From Pristiophorus japonicus (taxonomy: Eukaryota), in NCBI RefSeq assembly GCF_044704955.1, contig NC_091999.1, forward strand, positions 65,596,001 through 65,660,000: a stretch of 64,000 nt of DNA, in the 5' to 3' direction. The notes under the pieces are model-generated. The model did no database searches and was not told the DNA's origin. It was given only the letters and a program-made list of their open reading frames with translations. Each line of letters starts with the position of its first letter. The first letter of the stretch is position 1. This document shows, one piece after another, positions 51,020-64,000 of this stretch. A program made the translations under genes and the position numbers.

Positions 51020-54000
51020 GAGCGGACGCAGGGCATCCTCGGGGGGGAAGGGTAAATAAGTAGAGGTCGTGGTCCATATCGGGACCAACGACATAGATAA
51101 AATGAAGATGAAGCCCTACAGGAAGAATTTAGAGAGCTAGGAAGATGATTAAAGGGTAGGACCTCAAAGGTAGTAATCTGCAGGTTACTACCGGTGCCAC
51201 GTGCTCATGAGTACAAGAATAGAAGGAGAGAGAGGATGAACACGTGGCTGTAAAATTGGTGTAGGAGAGAGTGCTTTAAATTCTTGAACCATTGTGACCG
51301 CTTTTCGAGGAGATGGGACCTGTACAAATCGGATGGTTTGCACCTCAACTGCGCCGGGACCAATATCCTCGCGGGGAGTTTTGTTAGTGCTGTTGGGGAG
51401 AGTTTAAACTAGCCTGGCAGGGGGTGGGAACCTGAGAACGAATTCAAAAGTGAAGGAAGTAAAGCAGGATTTGGATAGCAAAAATTTAGAATGCGAATCT
51501 GTAAGACAGAGGAAACAGAACTTAATATGTAGTAAGCAAGGAGGTGTTCCTGTACTGAATGGTATATACTTTAATGCAAGGAGTATAGCTGATGCATTCA
51601 GAATAAAGGATGAAACTGAGTACTGTGTACAATGAGCAAGTGTGACTTTAGCTCCTTTAATAAGACTCCTGAGTGCAGGCACCTCGTGGGTGGCAGGCTT
51701 ATATACCATGCTCCGAAGTGATGCTGGGAGGCCTTATGAATCCAAAAGGTAGGCCCTGTGGTGGTAGTGTTATACAGGTTACAAGGGGTTAAATACATAA
51801 CATCAACGAAAAAGGCGGATAGGTAAGAGCACAGGAAGTCACTTGGGTATATGATATTATCGCCATTACAGAAACATGGCAAAAAGAGGGACAGGTTTAG
51901 CGCATTAATAATCCTGTCGACTGGATTTTTTGACAGGATAGAGAGGGGGGGTAAAAGGGTGTTGGGGGAGGGGGGTTGTGATACTAATTTCAGAAACTAT
52001 TACAACGGTGAGGTGGGATGATATGTTAGAGGGATGATTAACTGAAGCCATATGGGTCCAATTGAAAATAAAAAAAGGGCGATCAAACTGCTGCGAGTGG
52101 ATTATAGACTCCCAAGCAGTGGGGGTGAGATAGAGGAGCAAACATGTCGGCAAATTGCTGTGAAGGCTAAAAACCATAGGGTAGTTATAGTAGGGGATTT
52201 TAACTATCCAAATATTTATTGGGACAAATTTATTGTGAAGCGTATAGAGCGTGAGGAATACTTGAAATGCATTCAAGAGAAATTTTTTGTCAGCATATAG
52301 CAAGCCCGTCATGAGAGGAGGCAGTCTTCGATTTAGTTTTGGGGAAAGAAGCTAGACAAGTTGAAGGGGTATTAGTGGGGGAGCATTTGGGTGCCAGTGA
52401 CCATAATTCATTCAGATTCAAGTTGATTATGGATAAGGAAAATAATAGGCCTGCAATAAAATTAGCGAATTGCGGAAAAGCTAATCTTGTTAAGTTAATG
52501 AGTGATTTGGACACAGTGGACTGGGAACTTGTGGGTAAATCGGTGTCGGAATCGCGGGAGGCATTCAAGGAAGAGATCCGAAAGATTCAGGCCAAATATG
52601 TGCCCTTAAAGAAAAAGTTGTAAAAATAATTCTCTAGCCTCCTGGTTGTCAACGGACTTACCAGGGAGGATTAAGAAAAAAAGGGACGCTTATGTCACAC
52701 ATCAATGGCTAAATACTTTATAATCTTTAGAGGAATATAGAAAGATAAGAGCTAAAATTGAAAAGGATATTAGGAATGCTAAGAGAGAGCACGAGAAATT
52801 CTTAGCCGGTAAAATTAAGGAAACCACTAAGATGTTCGATATATATATTAAGAGTAATGGGGTAACAGCGGAAAGGGTAGGGCCGAGTAGATACCATGAG
52901 GATAATGTTTGTGAGGAGGCGGAAGATGTTGGGAGGCTTCTTAACAAATACTTTGCATCAGTTTTCACAATGGAATCAGGTTATGCAGATACGGGTATGG
53001 AGCAGGTGTGTGATATTCTGGATGAAATAAATATAGTGAGACAGGAAGTATTAAAGGGGTTAGCAGCTTTGAAAGTAGATAAGTCCCCAGGCTCCGATGA
53101 AATGCATCCCAGGTTGTTGATCGAAGTAAAAGAGGACATAGCAAAGGCCATGACCATAATTTTGCAGTACTCTTTGGACATGGGCATGGTGCTGGACGAT
53201 AGGAGGACTGATAATGTTCCCTTGTTTAAGAAGGGAAAAAGGGATAGGCCAAGTAATTACAGACATGTCAGCCTAATGTCAGTGGTGGGAGAATAATTGG
53301 AAAATTCCTGAAAGACAGCATGAATATGAATTTGGATAGGCATTGATTAATTCGGGACAATCAGCATAGCTTTATTAAGGGGAGGTCGTGTTTGACTAAC
53401 CTGATTGAATTTTTTGAGGAGGTAACCGAGAAGATCGATGAGGGTAGAGCGTATGATGTAGTATATATGGACTTTAGCAAGGCTTTTGATAAGGTCCCGC
53501 ATGATAGACTGGTCATGAAGTTGAATGCCCATGAGATCCACGGCAAACTGGTAAGTTTGATCCAAAAGTAGCTTGGATGTAGGAAGCAAACGGTAATGAT
53601 TGATGCATGTATTTGTGATTGGAAGGATTTTCCAGTGGGGTTCCGCAGGGCACAGTACTAGGTGCCTAGCTTTTTGTGACATATATCAACGATTTTGATT
53701 TTAAAATAGGAAGTATGATTAAGAAGTTTGTAGACGGCACTAATATTGGCTGTGTGGTTGATAATGAAGAGGGGAGTGATGGGCTGTAGAAGGATATTAA
53801 TCTACTGGTCAGGTGGGCAGAGCAGTGGCAAATGGAATGTAATTCAGAGAAGTGTGCGGTGATGCACTTTGGGAATGCTAATAAGGACAGGGTATACACA
53901 TTAAGCGGTAGGCCAGTTAATAGTATAGATGAAAAATAGGAACTTGGAGTGCTTGTCTACAGATCACGGAAAGTAGCAGGCCACGTGGATAAGGTGGTTA

Positions 54001-54965
54001 TAAGGCATACGGAATGCTTGCCTTTATTGGCCAAGGCACAGAAAATAAGAGCAGGGAGGTTATGCTTAAATTGTACAATACAGCTGGAGTACTGCGTGCA
54101 GTTCTGTTCGCCATATTGTAGGAAGGATGTGATTGCCCTAGAGACGGTGCAGAGGAGATTTACTAGGATGCTACCTGGAATGGTGAATCTTGGTTATGAG
54201 GACAGATTGGATAGGCTGGGTTTGTTCTCATTGGAACAGAGGAGGTTGAGATGAGAGTTCATGGAGGTGTCCAAAATATTGAGCGGCCTGGACATAGTGG
54301 ATAGTAAGGGTCGAATTCCATTGGTGGAGGGGTATATTACGAGGGGGCTTAGTTTTAAGGTGGTTGGTGGAAGGTTTAGAGGGAATTTGAGGGGAGGCTT
54401 CTTTACACAGATGATTGTGGGGATCTGCACCTCACTGCCTGGAAGAGTGGTGGATGCAGAAACCCTCACCACTTTTAAGAGATGGTTGGATGGACACTTA
54501 AAGTGCTGTAACCTCCAGGGTTACGACCTCGAGCTGATAATCGGGATTAGACTAGTTGACCTTTTGTTGTTCGGCGCAGATATAATGGTAAGTACGGCTG
54601 TGAATAGAACACGGCCAGATGATCTCTTGGAAAGTTTCTATCGCCTGGATGAGTCGGAGAGGAATTTTCCCACATTTTGTCTCCCTAAATTGGCCTGTGT
54701 TTTTATCTGGTGTTTGCCTCTCCCAGGAGATCACATGGATCCAGTTGGGGTGAAGTGTAGATGTTGTTCGTTAAAGGTGTTTGCATTGGTGTGGGCCGGA
54801 CTGTTTGGGCTGGGTGTTCTTTGCCTATCCGTTATTGTTCATGGATTGTTACTCTACTTGTAGGGCTGCTGATGAAGGGCGGTGCAGCTATTTTCGGCCG
54901 GCGCGGACACGATGGGCCGAAATGGCCTCCTTCTGAGATGAGAATTTCTATGTTTCTTTCTATGT
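51020..54965 (+). mobile_element. Nested CR1 LINE (ORF1 esterase end, APE endonuclease, RT, 3' tail)
   Basis: VHIGTND and DGLHL motifs, YFNARSI, VGDFNYP, RT motifs, ttctatgtttctttctatg tail. Confidence 0.92.
51590..51802 (-). mobile_element. Short Gypsy-like LTR remnant inside the CR1 endonuclease
   Basis: TG...CA segment interrupting NARSIA|xKAD; TATA and ATTAAA on minus strand; no clear TSD. Confidence 0.55.
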
Positions 54966-56196
54966 GTCTATCCATTTTGGTCGGAAAAAGAGAAAAGCAT
55001 ATTATGGTTAAATGGTGAGAGTTTGAGGAATGTTGATGTTCAGAGGCATGTCTTTCTACACAAATTACTGAAAGCTAACATGCAAGTAGTTGACGCAATT
55101 TACAAAGCAAATAGTATGTTGCCATTTAATACAACTGGATTTGAGTATGAGAGTAAAGACATCGTATTGCAATTATATCGTGCCCTGGTGAGAATGCACC
55201 TGGAGTACAGTGTGCAGTTTTTGTCTCCTTAAATATGAAGCCTATATGCTCCATAAAGGGAGTGCAACAAAGGTCCACCAGACTGATTTCTGGGGGTGGG
55301 ATTGTCATGTGAGGAGCGATGGAGTTGACTCGGTCGATAATCTCTAGAGTTTTGAAGAATGAGATGTGGTCTATTTTAACTTACAAATTTCGCACTGGAC
55401 TATTCAGGGTAGATGCAGGGAGGATACATCCTCTGACTCGGGATTCTGGAACCAGGGGTGACAATCACAGAATAAGCAGTTGGCTATTCGGGACTGAGAT
55501 GAGGAAAACGTCTTCTCTCATTGGCTGGTGAATCTTTGGACTTCTCTACCACAGAGCACTATGGATGCTCAGTCGTTGAATATATTCAAGATTGTGCTCG
55601 ATGGATGTTTGGATATGAAGGGACTTAAGGGATATGGAGACAGTGCAGGAAATTGGGGCTGAAGTACAAGATCAGCTTTGATCTTATTAAATGCTGCAGC
55701 AGGCTCGAGATGCCGAATTGCCTTCTCCAACCCTACTCCTTATGTTCAGATGTACAGTGAATTACGTTGAATAGACACCTATATCTGATTGCAGTTCGTG
55801 TTGAGATCGTGGGGAATACTCACGGTCAGCATTGGGAGATCGAAATCTCAACGTGCGCCGCTATCTGTATTTATCAATAACTCCGTTCAAATTTCAAGCA
55901 GATTGAAATGATCATATTACCTTGCATCCTTAGCTTACTGGCATATTGAGTATTACTGGGTAATCTATTGTACAATGAGACACCATAGTATCGAAAAAGG
56001 TCTCATCAGAAACGGATGTCCTACTTCTTGACATTACCATCATCAGCTGGGTATCAGTCCAGCACATCACAACCCTTTAATAGAGAGGCAGATAGAGTGA
56101 CAGCGTAATTATAGTGATACATCAATAGTGATAGAGATAGGGAGATAGTTAGATAGACAGATAGACAGGTAGACAGATTGATAAAAAGACAGATAG

Positions 56197-56493
56197 NNNN
56201 NNNNNNNNNNNNNNNNNNNNNNNNNNNNNNNNNNNNNNNNNNNNNNNNNNNNNNNNNNNNNNNNNNNNNNNNNNNNNNNNNNNNNNNNNNNNNNNNNNNN
56301 NNNNNNNNNNNNNNNNNNNNNNNNNNNNNNNNNNNNNNNNNNNNNNNNNNNNNNNNNNNNNNNNNNNNNNNNNNNNNNNNNNNNNNNNNNNNNNNNNNNN
56401 NNNNNNNNNNNNNNNNNNNNNNNNNNNNNNNNNNNNNNNNNNNNNNNNNNNNNNNNNNNNNNNNNNNNNNNNNNNNNNNNNNNNNNNNNNNNN
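56197..56493. other. Assembly gap (297 N)
   Basis: Run of N after a (GATA/GACA)n tract. Confidence 1.
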
Positions 56494-56635
56494 TATACGT
56501 TATCAAGAGTTATATTCTCATTGATTATGAATGCAGCCAACCTAAGTTGACCACGGTGAATTGAAAGTGCCTTCCATTAAATTATCCGCCATTTGCAATC
56601 AATTGCTCTCTGGTGGCCTCGTCTTCATCATAACA

Positions 56636-57435
56636 TTATCGCAACTCCGTGTCTGGAAGTAGTAAGTACAACTTTGCATTGTAGCCGACAGTCTTGTCGA
56701 TGTTGGGAAGGTGTGGGGAAATTGGGCCACACGCCAGTGATGTGTTACACCCAATAACAACGTTATCTCCACTGAAAGACCTGAAAATGTAGAGCAGTGG
56801 ATTAAGGGCGGTGCTGAGGGCAGCGAGGGCCCAAGTATACACCCGAATATTACAAACGTACCACGTTGAGATCTTCCCTTAGGGACTCAGCAGATTCTTC
56901 AACAAAAAAGAGAGTTCAATGATGTGAAATGGGGCAAAGCAGAAAAGGAGGAGAGCCGGAATCGCCCAAATGGTCCATCTGCTCAATGAATTTCTTCCCA
57001 GCTCGCACTTCGATCTAATTATTTGCAGTCAGAGCACAGCAGATCAAAAGGAGCAGGTCTGGGATGCAAAATGAGAACTCGGAGCACAGCGTTAGCACTG
57101 GGTTCCCTCCCCAGAGTGAAACCAGAGCCTTACAAGTAAGTGGGCCAGTAAACCCGTCTTTTGTGCCCAAAAAAATCTTGCGCTCAGGGTTAGCACGGTT
57201 TGCCAAGTTACAATTGACAGGCAAACGTAATATTTTGGCCATCTCTATGCATGAGACCTGATGGGGTGGAGAGCAGTAATATATTTGTCATGAATGATGG
57301 GTTGCCGTAAAGGTTGATTAGAATCAGGATAAAATTGATATCATTGAATAACCCCACTGAGATAGAATAATTAATATATTCAATAAAGGAATCTGCAGAA
57401 GCCAGGATATCCAAGAAATTATTCATGATTAAGGC
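56636..57435 (-). pseudogene. Decayed intronless class A (rhodopsin delta-group-like) GPCR, TM2-TM7
   Basis: Ordered motifs across frameshifts: NLYGNPSFMT (TM3), YITALHPIRSHA*RWPKYYVCLSIVTW (ICL2/TM4), FSFCIPDLLLLICC (TM5), LLLFCFAPFHII (TM6), YTWALAALSTALNPLLYIF (TM7). Confidence 0.85.
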
Positions 57436-59630
57436 AACGAGTCGGGAGTCTTGGGAGATCGAGGAGGCGGGAGTTCGAGCAGCCAGCGGATAATAAAGGC
57501 ACAACAGGCGGGAATCAAGAGAGTTCGAGGAGGCGGGAGTTCGAGCAGCCAGCGGCCTATAAAGGCGTAGCAGTCAGGAGTCTGCGGAGTTCGAGGAGGC
57601 GGGAGTTCGAGCAGCCAGCGGCCTATAAAGGGCCAGCAGTCGGGAGCCTGCGGAGTTCGAGGAGGCCAGCTGGTGCAGTTGCAGCAGGGAGGCAAAAAAG
57701 AAGTAGAAAGAAATCGAAAGTTGACGTCACAGCCAAGGGGGTTTGTGATTGGCTGGTGATTGGTGAGTAGTTTTTCTTTTTCTTTACTTTATCAGTAAAT
57801 AAACTTTAGCATTATTGTTGCCAAATTAAGTTAATCTAAGAGTTAAGTCATGGCAGGTGAGCTCGGACACGTGTTATGCTTCTTATGTGCTAAGTGGGAA
57901 GTCAGGGACGCTTCCAGTGCCCCGGATGATTACATGTGCGGACAGACTGCATTGCGGCACTGGAGCTGCGGGTGGATTTACTCTGGAGCATCCGCGATGC
58001 TGAGGATGACGTGAATAGCAAGTTTAGTGAGTTGGTCTTACCGCCGGTAAAGGTTACACAGCCAAATAGGGGATGGGTGACCAACAAAAAGATCAGTAGA
58101 AGGAAGCTAGTGCAGGAGTCCACTGTGGATATCCCACTGCAAATCAGATACACCGCTTTGGTTATTGTTGAGGGCGATGACTCATCAGGTGAGAGCAGCA
58201 GCAGCCAAGTTCCTGGCACCGTGGGTGGCTCTGCTGCACAGGAGGGCAGGAAAAAGAGTGGGAGAGTTATAGTGGTAGGGAATTATATTGTAAGTAGAAT
58301 AGATAGACGATTCTGCAACCGAAACTCCCGGATGGTATTTTGTCTGCTTGGTGCAAGGCTGAAGGATGTTTCGGAGTGGGTGCAGGACATTAATAAGGTG
58401 GAGGGTAAACAACCGGTCGAGGTGCATATAGGTACCACCGATATAGGTAAAACACGGGACGAGGTCCTACAAAACGAAATTGGGGAGATAGTAGCTAAAT
58501 TAAAAAGTATGTCCTCAAAATAGTAACCTCAGGATGGCTACCAGTGCCAGGTGCAACTCAGATTAGGAATCGCGGGATAGCTCAGAAGAATACGTGGTTT
58601 GAGGAGTGGTGCAGAAGGGAAGGAATCCAATTCCTGGGACATTGCAACATGTTCTGGGGGAGGTGGTACCAGTACAAACCGGACATAATGCACCTGGGCA
58701 AGACCAGAACCACTGTATTAGGGGCAGTGTTTGCTAGTGCTGTTGGGCAGAGCTTAAACTGTTATGGCAGGTGATGGGAACCAATGCTGGGAGACAGAGG
58801 AAAGTAGAATGGGGGCAGAAGCAAACGATAGAATGAAGAAATGTAAAAATGGAGGGCAGAGAAACCCAAGACAAAAAGCAAAAAGAACCATTTTGCAGCA
58901 AAATTCTAAAGGGGCAAAGGCTGTTAAAAATACAATCCTGAAGGCTCGATGCCTCAATGCGAGGAGTACTCGCAATAAGGTGGACGAATTAACTGCAAAA
59001 ATAATAGTTAACAGATATGATATAATTGGCATCACGGAGACATCGCTCCAGGGTGACCAAGGCTGGGAAATGAACATCCAGGGGCATTCAACATTTAGGA
59101 AGGATAGACGAAAAGTAAAAGCAGGTGGGCTGGCATTCCTGGATAAAGAGGAAATTCATGCAATAGTAAGGAAGGACATTAGCTTGGATGATGTCGAATA
59201 GGTATGGGTGGAACGACGGAATACCAATGGGCAGAAAACGCTAGTGGGTGTTGTGTACATACAACCAAACATTAGTAGTGAAGTTGGGGACAGCACCAAA
59301 CAAGAAATTGAGGATGCGTGCAATAAAAGTTCAGCAGTTTTCATAGGCGACTTTAATCTACATATTGATTGGGCTAACTAAACTGGTGGCAATACGGTGG
59401 AGGAGGATTTCCTGGAGTGTATTAGGGCTGGTTTTCTAGACAATATTTCGAGGAGCCAACTAGAGGGCTGGCCATCCTAGACTGGGTGATGTGTAATGAG
59501 AAAGGCCTAATAACAATCTGGTTGTGCGAGGCCCCTTGGGGAAGAGTGATCAGAATATGGTAGGATTCTTTATTAAGGTGGAGAGTGACACACTTAATTG
59601 AGAAACTCGGGTCCTGAATTTAAGGAAAGG

Positions 59631-62190
59631 TCATCATCATAGGCAGTCCCTCGGGATCGAGGAAGACTTGCTTTCACTCTTAACATGAGTTCGTAAGTGG
59701 CTGTACCGTCATATACGAGAACCACAGTTTCTGTCACAGATAGTCATTGAAGGAAAAGGTGGGCAGGGAGCCTGGTTGCCGAACGCTGCTTTTGCTGCCT
59801 GCGCTTGATTTGTGCATGCTCTCTGCGACGATGCTCGAGGAGTTCACGCCCTCCCGAATGCACTTCCTCCACTTAAGGTAGTCTACGGCCAAGGAGTCCC
59901 AGGTGTCGGTGGGGATGTCAGAATTTATCAGGGAGGCTTTGAGCCTGTCTTTGTAGCGTTTCCTCTGGCGCCCTTTGGCTCGATTGCCATGGAGGAGTTC
60001 CAATTAGAGCGCTTGCTTTGGGAGCCTCGTGTGTGGCTTGCGAACTATGTGGCCTGCGCAGTGGCGCTGATCAAGTGTGGCTCGTGCTTCAATGCTGGAC
60101 ATGTTGACCTGGACGAGGACACTAATGGCTGTGAGTCTGTCCTCCCATGTGATTTTCAGGATCTTGCAGAGACATCAATGGTTGTATTTCTCCAGAGACT
60201 TGAGGTGTCTGCTGCACATGGACACGTCTCTGAGCCATACTGGAGGGCGGGTATTACTACGGCTTTGGAGACCATGAGCTTGGTTATAGTTTTGAAGGAC
60301 TGATCTTCAAAATGTTTTTCCTCAGACGGTCGAAAGCTGCACTGGCGCACAGGGGGCGTTGTTGGATCTCATCCTCAATGCCTGCTCTTGTTCATAGGAG
60401 GCTCCCGAGATAGGGGAAATGTTCCACGTTGTCCAGGGACAAGCCGTGGATATTGATATTTGTGGGGCAATGCCGTGCGGCGAGGGCAGCCTGGTGTCGG
60501 ACCTTTGTCTTACTAATGTTTAGCTTAAGGCAGATGCTTTCATACGCCTCGTAAATATGGCGACTATGTCTTGGAGTTCAGCCTCTGTGTGTGCACAGAC
60601 GCAGGTGTCGTCCGCATACTGTAGCTCGAGGACAGAGGTTGGTGTGGTCTTGGACCTGGCCTGGAGAAGGCGAAGGTTGAACAGCTTCTCACTGGTTCTG
60701 TAGTTTAGCTTCACTCCAGCTGGGAGATTATCATCTGTTTGGTGGAGCATTGTCAGCGAGGAAGATTGGGAAGAGCGTTGGGATAATGGCGCAGCCATGC
60801 TTGATCCCAGTCCGGACATGAATTTGGTCTGTAATGGATCCATTGGTAAGGATCACGGCGTGCATGTCATCGTGGAGCAGGCGGAGTATGGTGACGTATT
60901 TTAGTTGCATCCGAAACGGAGAAGGATGCTGCTTAGACCCTCGCGGTTGAGAATGTCAAATATATTTGCAAGGTCGAAGAGGGCCATTTATAAGTGCAGG
61001 TGCTGTTCCCTGCATTTTTCCTGCAGCTGTCGCGCTGCTCCAATCATTTCTGCTGTGCCCTATGGGGACGAAATCTACATTTCGACTACGGGAGGGGCTC
61101 CTCGGCCACAGGGAGAAGATGATTGAGGAGGACTTTAGCACTGACGTTCCCAGTGGTTGATAGCAGGGTGATTCCTCTGTAGTTGCCGCAGTACCATTTC
61201 TCCGCTTTTTTACAGATGGTCACGATCACTGCATTTCGAAAATCTCCGGGCATGCTCTCCTCCCTCCAGATCAGAGAGGTAACGCAGTGTATTCGCGCCA
61301 GTTGTGCCTCTCCACCATACTTCAGTGCCTCAGCAGGGATTCCATCCGCTCCCGTAGCGTTGTTGTTTTTTAGCTGTCTGATGGCCTTTACTACCTCATG
61401 TATTGTTGGGGTCTCAATGAGCTGGTGGCTGGCAGCATGCTGCGGAATGGAGTCGAGAAAAGTCGAGTCAAAAGCAAGTGTCTCTGTTGAGGAGATTTTT
61501 AAAGTTATTCTTCCAGCGGGCCCTGACTGCGTCATTGTCCTTGATGAGTGTCTCTCTGTTCTTGGCCAGGAGTGGGGTGGGGCCTTGGGAGTTTGGTCCG
61601 TATATTGTCTTGACTGCGGAGAAGAATCCTCGCAAATCATGGCTGTTGGCCAGCTGCTGTATCTGCTTTGCTTTCTCCATCCACCACTTGTTCTTTCGGT
61701 CCCGGGTTTTTTGTTGGACCTGAGCCTTTAGCGGTCTGTAATGCTGCTTTGCTGCTCCAGAGTTGGGTTGCTGTTTCGGGCACAGAAATGCCCTGCACTT
61801 GCTATCTATTAGTTTTTGAATCTCCTCATCATTCTCATGGAACCCGTCCTGGTGTTTCCTGTTTGAGTGACCAAGCGTCTCCTTGCACATACTGATTATG
61901 GCGGCCTGGAGGGCAGACCAAGCGCTGTGGGCATTCTGCGTCTCTGGGTTATCAAGACACGCCAGGTTAGCTGTGAGGCGCTGACTGTAATTGGCTCTCT
62001 TAACTGGGTCCTTAAGTGCAATGGCATTGACTTTTTGCAACACTGCTTCTGCTGCCCCCTTCGCTTTGGGGCTATGTTGATGTCAGTGATGGAACTGTTT
62101 AGACGGTGGTCTGCCCAGTACTCGTCAGCTCCTGTTTTGGCATGAATGATGCGCACTTCCTTGCGATCGCTGGCTCGGACCATGGAATAG
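59631..62190 (-). mobile_element. RTE-clade LINE nested in CR1
   Basis: (ATG)n tail at 59631; GADGIPAE, NYRGITLLS, LQYADD; endonuclease C-terminal WADH. Confidence 0.93.
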
Positions 62191-62383
62191 TCGAGCAGTT
62201 GCTAGTGTTTGGAGCGAGGGTGTTTCGATGCTATGAGACGGGAATTGGCTTGAATAGACTGGCGAGTGATACTTAATCGGCTGACGGTGGATAGGCAATG
62301 TCAAACATTTAAAGATCGCATGGATGAACTTCAACAATTGTACATCCCTGTCTCGAGTAAAAATAAAACGGGGAAGGTGGCTC

Positions 62384-62937
62384 TGTGAATGTTTAAAAAT
62401 GAAAAGAGACATTGAAGTTGAGAACGTGGGAATTGTATAGGGACAGTCTAAGCTAACAAAGAATTCATGGAGGAATAGCCATGACATCTCAGACTCGAGA
62501 CTGCGAAATGTTACAACACTGACACATATTGATACAAAACCCACAGCTTGCAGAAAAACCTCAAGGTCTTATTAAATCATGTTATTAACCTGAAACATTA
62601 ACAAAAGGTCTTTATTTAAAATCAGACAATACTTAGGTCGGCTTATGAGTGGACAAAGGGAAAGAGGGATCAAAAGCAATAGGTTGAACTAGGATGTCAC
62701 TCAAGACCTATCTTGTTATCTTTTGCCGAAAATGTATAACCGTCGTCCCTTTACAATGTAACGTCACCTTGTCCGTAGAAAGTGAGTGCGTTTTATCAGA
62801 ATTGCATTCCTTCTGTCTGATAAGGTCCCCGATCGGGATTTGATTTTAAATAAAAGCTTGCTTTGTTTAAAGCACAAACGGTATTCGTTTCAGTAATTTT
62901 GCTGAACCAGATTGAGGGAAAACAATCCACATTTACA
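62384..62937 (+). mobile_element. Solo LTR (554 bp) nested in CR1
   Basis: TG...CA, exact 4-bp TSD GCTC (62380-62383 and 62938-62941), AATAAA near 62849; CR1 reads through when it is removed. Confidence 0.88.
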
Positions 62938-64000
62938 GCTCAACCGTGGCTAACAAGGGAAATTAAGGATTGTGTTAAATCCAAGGAAGAGGCAAATAAA
63001 TTGGCCAGAAAAAACACCAAAACTGAGGACTGGCAGAATTTTATAATACTGCAGAGGAGGACAAAGGGTTTAATTACGATGGGGAAATAGAGTATGAGTG
63101 GAAGCTTTCTGGGAACATAAAAACTGAATGCAACAGCTTCTATAGATGTGAAGAAAAAAAGATCAGTGAGACAAACGTAGGTCCCTTTCAATCAGATTCA
63201 GGTGAATTTATAATACGGAACAAAGAAATGGTGGACCAGTTAAACAAATACTTTGGTTCTGTATTCACGAAAGAAGAGACAAATAACCTTCCAGAAATAT
63301 TAAGGAACAGAGGATACAGTGAGAAGAAGGAAATTAAGAAAATCCTTATTAGGTGGGAAATTTCGTTAGGAAAGTCCAATAAATCCCTGGAGCCGAATAG
63401 TCTGCATCCCAGCGTACTTTCGGAAGTGACCCTAGATATAGTGGATGCATTGGTGACCATTTTCCAACAGTCTATCGACTCTGGATCGGTTCCTGTGGAC
63501 TGGAGTGTAGTAAACGTAACACCACTTTTTAAGAAGGAGGGAGAGGGAGGCAGGTAATTATAGACCAGTTAGCCAGACATTAGTATTGGGGAAAATGTTG
63601 AAAGCACTTATTAAAGATGAAATAGCAGCACATTTGGAAAGCAGTGACGGGATCGGTCAAAGTTAGCATGGATTTATGAAAAGGAAATCCTGCTTGACTA
63701 ACCTTCTAGAATTTTTTGAGGATGTAACTGGTAGAGTGGACCAGGAATAACCGGTGCATGTGCTGTATTTTGACAAAATTAAAGAATATGATATTGCGGG
63801 TAATGTACTGACGTGGATAGAGAATTGGTTGGCAGAGAGGAAGCAGAAAGTCGGGATAAACGGGTCCTTTTCAGAATGGCAGGCAGTGAGTAGTGCCGTG
63901 CCGCAGGGCTGAGTGCTGGGACGCCAGCTATTTACAATATACATTATTGATTTGGATGAGGGAATTACGTTTAATATCTTCAAGTTTGCAGATGACATTA

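Larger units (their letters stand above)
49480..55750 (+). mobile_element. Host CR1 LINE (49480-50846 and 54969-55750) split by a second insertion
   Basis: ORF2 sequence stops at aaatgttaagctat and resumes at ctatccattttggt. Confidence 0.88.
57436..64000 (+). mobile_element. 5'-complete CR1 LINE (monomeric 5' UTR, ORF1 from 57850, ORF2), interrupted twice and running off the window
   Basis: ORF1 CxxC zinc finger and SGNH esterase motifs; ORF2 CLNARS, IIGITET, VYIQPN, GDFN; RT motifs to the window end. Confidence 0.95.

Overview
Repeat-rich vertebrate genomic DNA from a cartilaginous fish (shark-type immunoglobulin sequences and shark-type CR1/RTE/Gypsy repeats), with two assembly gaps. The core of the window is one complete + strand immunoglobulin mu (IgM) heavy-chain minilocus spanning 13104-47638: leader exon, a V exon already fused in frame to D and J with no RSS left (germline-joined VDJ), an 18.8-kb J-C intron, four constant exons, a secretory tailpiece and two transmembrane exons. 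Stops, frameshifts, lost cysteines and mutated splice donors show it is now a pseudogene. It has been invaded by CR1 LINEs, a Mag-type Gypsy element carrying an internal pol duplication, and a two-LTR env-bearing endogenous retrovirus lying in sense orientation between the secretory and membrane exons. Downstream are a candidate divergent CTCF pair and a decayed class A GPCR gene (- strand) cut by a 5'-complete CR1 with 66-bp 5' monomers. Two independent CR1 insertions each carry an inverted copy of nearby target DNA at their 5' junction. All calls were made by eye; repeat boundaries without a TSD are approximate.
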